Assembly (NCBI GenBank): GCA_043228905.1
Contig: JBHGNT010000002.1
Location: 21,328,001-21,392,000 of the forward strand
From: Azolla caroliniana
Taxonomy: Eukaryota; Plantae; Polypodiophyta
DNA length: 64,000 nucleotides
Direction: 5' to 3'
The notes under the pieces were generated by a model, which ran no database searches, was not told the origin of the DNA, and saw only the letters and a list, made by a program, of their open reading frames with translations. Below are positions 50,901-62,634 of this stretch, one piece after another. How positions within the stretch are numbered: position 1 is the first letter of the stretch; each line of letters opens with the position of its first letter. A program made the position numbers and the translations under genes.

Positions 50901-53900
50901 GGTTTCTTGGTCTACATATGTTAATTCGTTGCATCAAGGATTATTGGGAATTGTTTATCCTTTATAGAAACCAAGCGCTTGCTTGTTAAATTGGCGATTA
51001 GGGAATTATTTCCAGGACGAAAACCAAATGTTGATCTACGGATTACAACGATTTTGTCCCAAAAATGGTCGTGATTGGGAACCTAGTATTCAATGGAATT
51101 TCGTAGAAGACAAATTAAATATACAAATATAACCTGAATCTACAAATAACAATTGGTCAAACTGAAATATAGCAATTGGTAAGTCGCATTAAAGGTTCGT
51201 ATATTTGGAAGGATTTCTACTTGAAGGTATTACAAAATGTGAAAGACATGCTTGCTCATACAATTACCAAAATTTAGAGAGTGATTGTGCATAATGTAGG
51301 AGGTTTTTTGGATAACACAAAAGGTGACATTCAACTAGCAGAATTAAAATGTTTGAAGTACATATTATGCCTTATGGGATAAAGGTATATTTTATAAGTA
51401 ATTTTTTATGAGGTGTAGTACATAGAAATATTTATTTAAGCCAATAGCAAGAACTTAAACTTAGTAAAAGAAAAACATGGCATTACAGTTGTGCGTACAT
51501 AATTTCTTGTACAACCTCAAGGCATTTCTTAATACTAAAAAAATGTAGTATCTTTTTCCGAAAAAAGGATAGCATTCAAGATAATGCTATGAATCTTGGA
51601 AGGATTAGTTAAAGTGTTGGTTTTTGAACTTGTTACCAAAAATTGGAGCCCTCTTTCACATGAAATCCAACAACCTCCTTTAGGCTTTGCATCATACCCT
51701 TGATGAATTTGTTATTGGATAAAATACGAGATTTGAGGGTTAACATATGTTTCCCACTACTAACATACGTTTTCAACTCTTTTTCCATTCACATGGACTT
51801 TTTGGATCTATTATATGAGACACATATGAATAGTGCCTATAGCGTGATTCAAATAATGTTTGAATCACGTTGTGACTGAATCAAATAGAAGTTTAAATGC
51901 TCACGCATTGACAATGGTGCAAAATTCTTGCTATGCACATGGTATTTTTAGTAAGCCACTGCTCCACACATTCCACCCCCACATTAGGCCCAAATTTGTA
52001 AGAAATGTCATGTTATTGATACATATGAATCAATAACATGTTATATTAAAGAGATCTTAGAAAGAGAATTCTAGAACACTGAGAATGACTCAATTTGAAC
52101 ACTCCAAAAAGCAACTTCAAAAGTTCCTGAAAAAAGCCTCTTTCCTATTTGTTCAAGGAGAAGCATTTTGGACTATGGCGAATGTTTAAAAGGTTCAAGA
52201 TTAAGATAAGTTTTTCCTAAAATGACCTAGCTAGACAAATGAAACAAAAGACACAAGAGCACAATATTAGCATGATATTTTATTATGGTTTCAAATTTCA
52301 ACCATGGTTTGAAGTCATCCATTCATGTATCATTTGATAAATAGATCAACTTTGAAACTTTCCGGTTGGGATTTTCCTTTATGCTCATGTTTGAGGGTTT
52401 TGATGTGAAGCTTACAATTACTCGAAACATATTGACTTAAATTTGAGCCATGTAAGAAATGGCATGTCATTGATATACTTTTGCATCTAGGTATATGAAA
52501 CAAATTTGGTAGATATTAACGTATAAACCATCATCGGAAGAGATGTTATTGAGAGGATTGTAGATTGCTATTGGTTGCACAATTCAAAACTGTGGTTTGG
52601 GAAATTATGAACTTTGTCCTAAATTATGAACTGTGGCCTCCTTCCTATTGCTAACATTTCAAATTATGCTTCCTATTGCTAACATTTCAAATGCATAATA
52701 AGAACTCAAAATTTGAGATCTTGATATGCCAAATGATGTGTGTGCCACAAGATTTTGAAGACGCTTCAGAATAAAACATTGAATATGGTAATAATTCTTG
52801 GTTATGGCAAGAAAGAAGAAAATAATTTATTGTTTATATAGAAATGTTAGGTTTATGACCGTAGATGGACGAGAATGATAGACTGAAATACACAGAACAG
52901 AAAAACAAAATACATAGTACACATGTTTTACATGGAAACCCTAAACAGGAGAAAACCAAATTTCACAAACTATGCCTACACTCTCTTTCTCTCTTGTCTC
53001 CTTCCTTCTCTCTGTAACACTACAATACTACAACATTCTTCTCACATCCAACGTTTTGCCCTAGCTCCACTTATATATGTTGTGTAACAAGTTATTATTA
53101 TATTATAATAACAATGGTTAATCAGCCAACTGGTCGACTTGAGTGTTCGACCCACAAGTCGACGGTCTATTCGATCCAACTAGGCGACTCCTTTTGTCGA
53201 CTATTCAATCGGTCCAACCAACCAACTTTGTATTTGACTGTTAGGTCGGTCCGGCTAGTCAGCCTATTGTCTTTCACTTGAATCAACCATCAATTTAGTC
53301 GACCCTCAAGTTGACTTGTTGGTCGATCTGGTCGACCCAACTTCTCGATTCTCCATTCCTTCCAATCAGTCGACTACCAAAGCAGCTCCTTGGTCGATCC
53401 GGCCTATCGACCTGACTTTGATTATCGACTTCTCCCTTTAGGAGGGACAAAATCCTAACAAGAAAGCACACAATGGTTGTGAAAGTGATGATGTATACTT
53501 TGATGACAATGTGAACAAAAACCAAGTATAGAAATGGGGGAGAATTTAAGGTTTCCCTATCAAATATATTGCTAGCAGAGGATATGTATTATCCTAACCA
53601 TGGTGAGAATATGAAAAGGGAATATGAAAATCATCTTGAGAATGTATAGAGGCCAAAAGTTTCAAAACTCGTGCTAAGCCGATTGATACTCATGGAGTTG
53701 TAGGTCCACACATGGTCTTGGCATCTCACAAATAGATATGTACCCACCATGTATTAGATTGTGGAGGGCTCCCTTGTTTTGAGGAATCCATGTCATGTGA
53801 GGATAACCACAAATGCAGTGTCTCATGAAATTTGAGATAGTTGCTTTATCCAAAAGCAAAACTTGTATTTTTGTAAACTACATAACTCATTACCATTTAA

Positions 53901-55670
53901 ATAGGTTTATAATTAAGATGAACCTTACCTTAGCCAATCCACTATTATAATATTCATGACACCTTTTTAACATTAAGCTAGTTATCACTCAATATATATC
54001 ATTGTATTTGTGCTAATTATTGTAGCATTTCGTATGATTATCAATATAGTTTTTTGAATGACAACCAAGTGACTAGAATGCATTAAGGTTAGGTTGTAAG
54101 TATGTATTGATCTAGGTGTACTATAGTTAGAGAGGTTCCAATATTGTAAAACCGTTCATGTTCGGCACATGTCATCAGTAAATGTTGTTCCGAAATTTGG
54201 TATTTAAATGACGTCATCCGTGACATTTGTCAACATTCTTGATGTTGTGTCATGGATATCTCTCTATCGTTCTCACTTATTGCTGGTTTTTTATCTATTA
54301 GACAATATGTCTTAATCTTTCCATTAGGTCTTATTTCTACATATAAGAAAAAGGGTCCAACAACTATTGTTGGTTTTATTGTAGCAATGTAATGTTAGGA
54401 ACTTATTTCTCTTCAAGATTTTTGCATTAAACTCCTAAACATAGAATTATTTCTAATTTTTATACTTTGAATTTTTTAATGCCAATGTACAGGCTCACAT
54501 CCATGGCAATATTCTTTTCCCATAGTAAGTACACATTCCAAAAATGCACAAGAGTAAAAATATCCTCTCAATTTAAACATTTATACCATGATATCATATA
54601 CTAATAACTCTCTAAGAAAAGCTCTAGACAATTGAATATTATTAAAACAATTGCAATTCTTGACCGTAGGAGAGAATACTACGACACACTTAGGTAAAGC
54701 AGTGATACTATTTTGGCTTGTTGCTGTACTGATATTTACATCAAGCTATACGGCTAGCTTGTCATCAATAATAATAGCACAACAACAACAACAACAAACT
54801 CCAACCATTAGAAGTTTTGAAGACCTACAAAATTCTCAATTACATATCGGATGCCAAGAAGGATCATTCACACTAGACTACTTGAAGAATCGCTTACATA
54901 TTTCTTCAAATAGGCTTATACAATTGGATACTGACAAGCAATACGTTGATGCATTGAATTTGAATGAGGTGGCAGCAATTATTGATGAGTCACCTTATAT
55001 AGAGACGTTCCTTACAAGCTTGGGATGCAACTATACGATTGTTGATTCAAACATTGTTTACTTTGGTGGCTTCTCTTTTGTAAGTGTTGTTTATTTAATT
55101 GTAGCATGTCATCTAGTTTTATTCTTTAATGCATGCCATAATAATGATACAACCAATACATATAATACTTTTGAGACAAGTACTCAACTAGCGAACTTAA
55201 TATATTTAACTCACATGTCATTATTTAATTACATTGATCGAATCAAGTCACTAAATATTTATGTAGGATTATCTGTCGAAATAAAATGAACCAAGTAACC
55301 ATGGTACAAATAGAAAAGCATGTAAATACGCATTTAAAATATAAACTAATATCATAAGGATTTCCCTCTCATCTTGCAGGCATTTCAAAAGAACTCGCCC
55401 TTAACAAATGATATGTCACTTTCTATCATATCTCTAGAAGAATCTGGTGAGCTTCAAGAACTTAAGAATAAATGGCTTGGTTCACGACAATGTACAACAA
55501 CCACTACTACCACAAAAATGTCTTTCTATAGTTATTTGGGTGTACTTTGTCTCATAGTTGGATTATATCTTGTGTGTGTATTACTAAGATGTTTGTGTTG
55601 TCGATCCTCATCAACAATATCACATAGTCGTCAAGGATTTGTGGAAATGTCTGAGAATCGAAATCAATAG
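47603..55670 (+). CDS. GLR: Glutamate receptor-like channel subunit lacking the amino-terminal domain, copy B (439 aa); join(47603-47911,49608-49885,54493-54524,54670-55079,55380-55670)
   Basis: Five GT-AG exons in frame (309+278+32+410+291 = 1320 nt). Same motifs as copy A, with roughly 32 aa differences on manual count and no stops or frameshifts. Confidence 0.92.
48451..49096. mobile_element. 646-bp segment in GLR-B intron 1 absent from copy A (LTR-like)
   Basis: Flanked by the direct repeat tatggaa (48444-48450 and 49097-49103). Internal TGTCA (48456) and TGACA (49074) termini without their own TSD. Confidence 0.5.
49608..49885 (+). CDS. GLR: GLR-B exon 2
   Basis: Acceptor AAG|GAG, donor TG|GTAAGC. 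One codon longer than in copy A. Confidence 0.9.
52845..53460 (-). mobile_element. Copia-like solo LTR in GLR-B intron 2
   Basis: Inverted termini TGTTAGG...CCTAACA and perfect 5-bp TSD agaaa (52840-52844 and 53461-53465). The ggaaaccctaa..gaaaacca motif also occurs in the LTR at 972-1536. Confidence 0.85.
54493..54524 (+). CDS. GLR: GLR-B exon 3: 32-nt pore-loop microexon
   Basis: Identical (32/32) to 17711-17742, with tacag and gtaagt splice sites. Confidence 0.9.
54670..55079 (+). CDS. GLR: GLR-B exon 4
   Basis: Acceptor TAG|GA. Encodes M3 SYTASL and S2. Donor TTT|GTAAGT. Confidence 0.92.
55380..55670 (+). CDS. GLR: GLR-B exon 5
   Basis: Acceptor TGCAG|GCA. Encodes M4, then stop TAG. 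AATAAA at 55686. Confidence 0.9.
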   Translation, partial: AFQKNSPLTNDMSLSIISLEESGELQELKNKWLGSRQCTTTTTTTKMSFYSYLGVLCLIVGLYLVCVLLRCLCCRSSSTISHSRQGFVEMSENRNQ

Positions 55671-55827
55671 CCTTTTCAAGCAAGAAATAAAAATATATCA
55701 ATAAAATCGTTTAATGTAGTGGAATAATTAACATAGAGTTATAAAAGTTCGTTTATGTTGAAAGAAAGCTTAGATTTCAGGTTACATATTCTGTGAAAAT
55801 GATTAAACAATCTCTTTGCGACCTACC

Positions 55828-56293
55828 TAACAATTGGCAACGGTTTGGTTTGAACTGAACCGAACTGTGAAATTGCGGCTTAACGGTTTAAATGGTTCGG
55901 TTCAAGTTTGGGTTTTTTTAACGGTTTGGTTCGGTTTCAACAATTAGAAACCGCGGTTTAAACAGTTTAATGGTTTTCTATTTTTTTTAAAGTTTAAAAA
56001 ACATTTAAAATTTAAAATTTAAAAATAATCTTTTCCTTTTCATGCCTTATTATCACATTTTAGGAAAATCTTTAAAATTTAACAAATTTAAATAAGGAAA
56101 TATTTTAAATTTTAAATTTGACCTAAGTTGAAAATCGAAACCGAACCACGAAACTGCGGATTTGCCGGTTTAATGGCTTTAACGGTTTGAATTTTTTAAA
56201 TGGTTCGGTTTCGTGGTTTGGTTCAAGTTTCAAAAAATTAAAACGGTTTGGTTTGGCTCCTCTTGAATCGAATTGAACCGTTGTTGATTGTTA
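55828..56293. mobile_element. hAT-type MITE
   Basis: 8-bp TSD gacctacc (55820-55827 and 56294-56301). TIRs taacaattggcaacggtt / aaccgttgttgattgtta. Many aaaccg/cggttt subterminal motifs. Confidence 0.85.
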
Positions 56294-56797
56294 GACCTAC
56301 CCCCCTCCACTATTCCTTTCTCTCTCCAATTGTTCTTACGCCCCTTCTTGACCCCATCAATTCATCCCCATTCGTCCCCAAACCCTAACGTTTCTCGAAC
56401 ACCCCACCCCCAGTTCTGTCTCTACCGTCTGTCGGCTCCAATTTGGTTCCCTTGTCGCGGTCCATGTGCAGCGCCGGTTTCTCCCCCCTCTATTAGAACC
56501 GCCGCCCCATGACCCAATAACACCACCTCTGTCGTCATCTTAAGGTTTAGGGTTTAGGGGTTAGGTTGTCATTTCCTCGATTCTACTTTACTTTCCTCCT
56601 TCAAATCTATCTCTTCTTCAACTCTTCCCAAGCTTTCTCTGACTCTGAATTTAATCACACTTTTGTCCTTTCCCCGACTCTTCCCTTTCTTCCACTTTTC
56701 TCTTTCTTTAGCCCTATCCCTTCTTCGAATCTCCCTTTTGGTGACTCTTCTCTTTTTTTTCTTTTCTTTTTTTGCAACTTTGTCCTTCACCCAAACT

Positions 56798-56816
56798 ATA
56801 CATATACATACATACA

Positions 56817-56852
<36 letters not shown>

Positions 56853-56884
56853 TGTATGTATGTATGTATGTATGTATGTATATG
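56798..56884. repeat. Compound (CATA)/(TATG)n microsatellite
   Basis: About 15 TATG units preceded by inverted CATA/CATATA units. Confidence 0.9.
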
Positions 56885-56928
56885 GAAACCTTGAACATTG
56901 TCACAATCTAACACACATTTCAGATAGA

Positions 56929-58640
56929 CTCCTTGAGCGGAAAGGATCATGTGTGGGCACACAACCACCAAAGGAGTGCTCTCTCCCTATTGAGATGATA
57001 TTTACTAGCACGGAGATATTTCTTCTTTGAGAAGGAGATAGACCTCCTTGATCAAATAGTGGTCATATGCCGCGTGGTGGGAGCATGCCCGAACAGAGGG
57101 TTGCATCGAGATATGCTACAAGGAAAATACCACCCACAAATAGGTGAATAAGGGAAGTCCAACCGCTCGGTAAGGGGTTTTATCTAATCGTCTTGGAGGA
57201 CAAGGACTCTACAAAGAAACTAATAGCAATGTCCCCTTGCCACATCCAAAACACACAAATGTTTTTGCACAAAATGGATACATGGTTTTAATCCAGTGAA
57301 GATTACACAACTGGAGGATTCGATGAAAAAGGTAACAATGTTTATATGTGGAATACAATGCTTCCCACTATTGGAAATTCCTTCGAAATGATGTTGTAGG
57401 AGGAATCAACATTAGTAGATAGGCTAAAGAAGAACATAGGCCCCCCATCTGTATGACTTTTGGTTTAGGACATTAACAGGTTGCTTTCCAAAATCCTCAT
57501 TCCTTGTAAAAACTACATGTGTTTTGAACAACGAATAGAGGTGATTGACGCACCTGGGTAATGCTTTGAATGCAAAAAAATTGGTCTCTTAAAAGAAAAT
57601 TGCCCCATGAAAATGAGCCCTCATGAGGAGGAGCAAGGGATGTATGGCACAAAGAACCCTACTCTAGTCGCTAAAGATTAAAGATACACTAAGTAGTCAA
57701 GCAACAGACTTTGTAATAGAAACAAGAGATGAAGTCCTCATGTATGAACTAAAGAAGAATAGGTATAACATAGAATTCTTGTGTACCATGGATATGGAAG
57801 AACCTCACCTCTGGCATATTCACCTTCAGACTGTCTCAGACACACACATAAATTTGGGCCTTTACTATTTCAATGGGAAACAAGAAGGGATTGTTGGAGC
57901 TCAACGACTAGCCCAAAAGTTCAATTCCTGGATATGGACCAACATCCCATCAATGAAAATGACAGGGTGTTTGAACAGTGATTGCTCCACACACATGACA
58001 TGTGCAAAACATTAGGAACACTTGGTAATCTCCCACCCCCTTCCATGTTCATGAATGTCACAACATGGAACGTGCAGGGACTCATGAGTTGACTTGACTA
58101 GCAAAACAGATGGAAACTAAAAAGGGATCTTGAGGATTACTTATTACGTGGTGCTGGTGACATCACCATGTTGCAAGATCACCATCTTGATAGTGACCTC
58201 CAAAAGGCAGTTGGAGACCTTCTACCAAGATTGTGGCAAACAATGTAGGAACCAACAATGGGACATGATGGAAACCATGGTGGTATTTACACATTGATTT
58301 GGGCTCAGTTAATATATTAGGAATCACTTATACCTGGCAGGGCACATTTTTGCATGTTGTCCATCCAAGGGCAATGTTGGAATATGATGAATGTGTATGC
58401 TCTGAATAACAGAGAAGATATGGAAACTTTTTGAGTCCAACATATTTGCTTGCACGTAGTGGGTGAGGAGGAATGGTGCATAGGGGGGGATTTCAATATG
58501 GTCAAGTCCCTTCATGAAAGCTCCAACAACAACCCCATAGTTCTACAAGGAGGGGAACATAAATAGTGGGAGAAGTTATGTATTCACCTAAATATGTGTG
58601 TGATATTTGGCATTTGGACAACTTCCAATTCAAAAGCGAT
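56929..58640 (+). mobile_element. L1-like LINE remnant (ORF1 plus APE endonuclease), decayed
   Basis: GKGFYLIVLEDKD and GFNP; knuckle CFECKKIGLLKENCP (~57562); TWNVQGL (~58063); NVYA (~58390); WCIGG..DFN (~58474). Confidence 0.75.
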
Positions 58641-58902
58641 TCTCAACCACTTCCCTCGGGTGTCAAGATCTACACCCTTCTTTCTCTCTATCTCTCTATT
58701 TATTTTCTTAAATTCTAATAGTTAAGAAATGAAACATAATTATATGTGGACTCCAACACTAAAAAACATAAAATACATAAAATACATTCACAAACATACA
58801 ACTGCACATTCACACTCATACTTGCACACACCATTGTCTACCATTAACCCCAAGAAACAATTACAGCAATATCCTCTTGGTCTAGGACCCCATGGTTGCA
58901 AC

Positions 58903-59682
58903 CAAGGCAGGAATTTGACGGGTGTCATGCCCGTCGAAGGCCATTTTGCCCGTCAAAAACATACACATAATAAAAATGCCCGTCAAGTGACATATAAAGT
59001 TTAAATATCCATTTTTCATGCGAAAGGCCCCTACAAATTATGCATGTCAAATGACATGTTAAAATTCTATTTTCCATGTCATATATATTATATACATATA
59101 CATATGTCAATTATTATATATATGAAGTGTGTATTATAATATATTAATACTATATTAAAAAAAATCCAAAAAAATTATATACTTTTTATAACACGCTTAA
59201 AATAATATCATTATCATGTAATAATGGTATATATTCTCAAATATTTATTCTTAATTTCTTTACTAATAATATTAGTTGAAATTTTAAACAATAACCTTTA
59301 TTAAATACATACTTTAAGGGTGTATAACTCTAGGTTTGATTTTAATGTTTTAAGTTTTAAGTTAAAACTAATTTTTTTTAATTACATAAAATTTTAAGTT
59401 AAAACTAAATTTTTACTAACTTTTTTTTCATACTTATTAGTAAAAACATTAACATGATATTAATTTTATGTATTTCATTATCTTTGTTAGGTAGTTATGT
59501 TTATTTGTGCACTTTCTATAGTAATGAAATGTATAACAATGAAGCATCATATAGAACTTTCATTATTAAAATTTGTATGTCAAATGACATGTTAGTTTTT
59601 GCACTCTTGTGTCATATGACATACATCTTTAAAAAATGCCCTTTAAAAAACTTTTATACTAACCCGTCAAATTCAAGCCCTG
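58903..59682. mobile_element. hAT-type MITE (780 bp)
   Basis: 8-bp TSD gttgcaac (58895-58902 and 59683-59690). TIRs caaggcaggaatttgacggg / cccgtcaaattcaagccctg. AT-rich interior. Confidence 0.88.
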
Positions 59683-60590
59683 GTTGCAACCATTCTTATT
59701 GTAGATTTCCACCTCATATAAGCATTTGATATCTAAATCAATGATTGTAGTGGAAATAATCTCCTGAGAATGCTTTTATTTGAGCATGGCAACAATGAGA
59801 TTCCACTCCACACTATTTCACCCGAGTCAATAAGACAGAGTCACGTGTTTGCCCATGTTTCTCAATTTGTAATGTCACGAACTTTGGCTACACATTATTT
59901 TTACCTATGGTAGTTTTTTTGGACGAGTGCTATCAAAGCAACTAGCCTTGCTTTGAATTTACTTTAGCAATTTAAGCAAAGCTCCGGTGACGAAGTGTTA
60001 TACTTCCTTAGGGAATGGTTTGAACCACTCTAATAGTTGTTTAGAAATTTGAAAAATGAGCGTTATTTTGGTTGAGTTTACGAGAACTTTAATGAGATGG
60101 ATAAATGGAAAGAGTCGCCTCTTATTTGATTTCATTCATAATTAAAATCAAACAAATGTAGGAGCATTGATCAATATTTAACAAACATGCATGTGCATAT
60201 GTAGATATTTTCCTTGGGGGCAAAATATCCAAGCTACATCCTTGTTTCCTAGAATCCCACCTTTATACTTCTATGAATTTCCAACTTAGAAAACTCTTGA
60301 AAGAGATAGATAGGAAAATATCTTTTTAACATCCATGGGAGACCAATGGGCGATCTAAGGGACGAGGCCTAGATCCCTATGGTGAGGATGGAGCTAGATT
60401 CTCTCAATTTTATTACTTTTGATGCTATGACATAGAGACTACCAAGCTAACACTTGCAAATGTGTGTGGGTGTGAATGTGTGAGAGAGAAGGGGGTATGG
60501 GGGTTAAACTATTTGTGTGTGTGTGTGTGAGAAAGAGGAAAGAGAGATAGATTCTATTATCATCTTTGGAGGTCAAATATGACCTATGAG

Positions 60591-61195
60591 TATCAATGGG
60601 CATGGTTTCGGCTCAAACCGAACTAAACCGTTAAGCCATGGTTCAACGGTTTATTGGTTCCAATTTTTTTTAAAGGTTTGGTTTGGTTTGAATTTTTAAT
60701 TAACTGTTCGGTTTTGGTTCAGTTCAGTTTCAAAACTCAAGTTTATTTATTTAAATGGTTTGCTTTAAAGGTTTATTGGTTAACTTTTTTTTTCACCTTA
60801 ATAGTTTATTAATTTAATTATTTAATTAGCTGTTTTTTATTGATTAATTAATGTAACTTAAATGTCAATTTAATTTAATGGTTTAATCAAAGTTTTTTTA
60901 TTGATTTAATAAATTTAACTTAAATTCTAATTGAATTTAATATATTTTTGTTTATTAAAATTTTAAATTAGTTTGACGTAAATGGTTAGATTTAAACTTT
61001 TTATTAAATGGTTCGGTTTGGTTTCAACTTTTCCTTAAACAGTTTGGCTTTAAATGGTTTGGTTTACATTTTCTTAAGCGGTTTGGTTTAAATTGCTTGA
61101 GAGTTTATAAACGGTTTGGTTTGATTTTTGTTTTATGTAAATGGTTCGGTTCAGTTTCAAGGTAAAGAAATTGAACCGAACTGTACCCATTGCTA
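60591..61195. mobile_element. hAT-type MITE (605 bp)
   Basis: TSD cctatgag / cctataag (7 of 8). TIRs tatcaatgggcatgg / ctgtacccattgcta. ggttt/aaaccg motifs as in 55828-56293. Confidence 0.8.
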
Positions 61196-61214
61196 CCTAT
61201 AAGACCAAAAATAT

Positions 61215-61604
61215 TACATTTCACATGATACATGTGAAAGTGAGTAGCAACTCTCGATGTTCCAGACCATTATCAATGAATGTTGTAATTGAGAGTGCAC
61301 ATTGTAGTTGTGAGAGAAATTCGTGCAACGATTGTGCTTGGTCGAAGATACATTTCACATGATACATGTGAAAGTGAGTAGTGACTCTCGATGTTTAAGA
61401 ACATTATCAATGAATGTTGTAATTGAGAGTACACATTGTAGTTGTGAGAGAAATTTGTGCAACGATTGTGCTTGGTCAAAGATACATTTCACATGATACA
61501 TGTGAAAGTGAGTAGCTATTCAAGAACATTATCAATGAATGTTGTAATTGAGAGTGCACATTGTAGTTGTGAGAGAAATTCGTGCAACGATTGGACTTGG
61601 TTGA
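61215..61604. repeat. Tandem array, ~3 x 134 bp
   Basis: Units start at 61215, 61349 and 61483 (tacatttcacatgatacatgtgaaagtgagtag). Confidence 0.9.
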
Positions 61605-61649
61605 AAATGTGTGGAAAGCATGGTCAAATATGATCAAAGTTTGAGCATT

Positions 61650-62634
61650 GTATCAAAGCGTGATACTCAGTCTCTTGAACTTATTTAGGGAAAAGTGTGC
61701 ATAGTTGACCACTCTCATCACTTGTGCCCCAACACCCTATCTCACATTGCAATGCATGTGGGTTAAGTCGCATGGAAGCAATGGTTCGAATGGTAGACAA
61801 CGGGATGGGCTCTAACATGTATCAATGTGTATAGTTTCCCCGTTCGGCGGAGAATATGGTTTTGTAGTATAATGTGTGAAGCGTGAGCCTCCACATGTGT
61901 CCCACTTCATGATACATTAGCGTTGCAAAAAGGCCTCATTTAGAAAGGAATCTAGTGATGCAAGTGTGTTGTTGTGTTGCATCCCATCTACCAAACCATT
62001 TTTCCATATCTTGTATCCAACTGGAACACAAAATTTTGCTTTTATGCATCTTTTGGATCCTTTTGCTTACTTACCATACAATACTTGGAAGTTGATGTGA
62101 GGGACTTCATTTAGCCTTAAGCATGTATTCAACAACCATTTCCATGGCCATGATCTCAATGGGAAGTGGGTCGTCTCCAAGAGGAGGGTGTATGGTGTTT
62201 GTTTCTTAACTTGTAGAAACATTGTAAGAAAATGTTTTTGAACATTTTCAAACTCTTTCCAAGTAGATTTAGGGATGTTACCACCCCATAGAGAAGCACC
62301 AATGTCACCAAAATATTGAAAAGGTATTTCTTGAGGACCCAACACTTAATATCTCCATGATTCAAGGCCAAGATATTTGAAGCTTTCCACACATTCAAGT
62401 AGGCCAGACTCATTATTGTACATAATGCATGCTTTATCTTTTTTTTGGCTCTTCACAAGCATAATCTTTGTTTTAGAGTTATTGGCCCTTAATTTAGTAT
62501 GCATGCAAACTTTTTCTAATGTCATCATAAGCTTTTGTGCATCTTCTAAAGTATTTGCAAAAAACACTACATCATCTGCATATAACAAAAGCATAACGAA
62601 ATAATTCCCAATTGCAACTTCTTCAACACATTCT
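61650..62634 (-). mobile_element. Non-LTR retrotransposon (RTE-like) RT remnant
   Basis: LLYADDVV..KTKIM..VESFKYLG (62346-62594), plus frameshifted downstream pieces (LLYG, ENVQKHFL). Confidence 0.75.

Larger units (their letters stand above)
45208..55809 (+). repeat. Tandem segmental duplication, copy B (homologous to 11000-19033)
   Basis: Collinear with copy A; longer because of extra intronic segments. Confidence 0.95.

Noticed and set aside
56545-56565. Telomere-like TTTAGGG repeats
   Set aside because: Only 2-3 imperfect units; compatible with a telo-box or chance, not a telomeric array.
56566-57030. ORFs with YVCM/YIHT repeats (also the YIYI ORF at 10359-10655)
   Set aside because: These are translations of microsatellites and low-complexity DNA.
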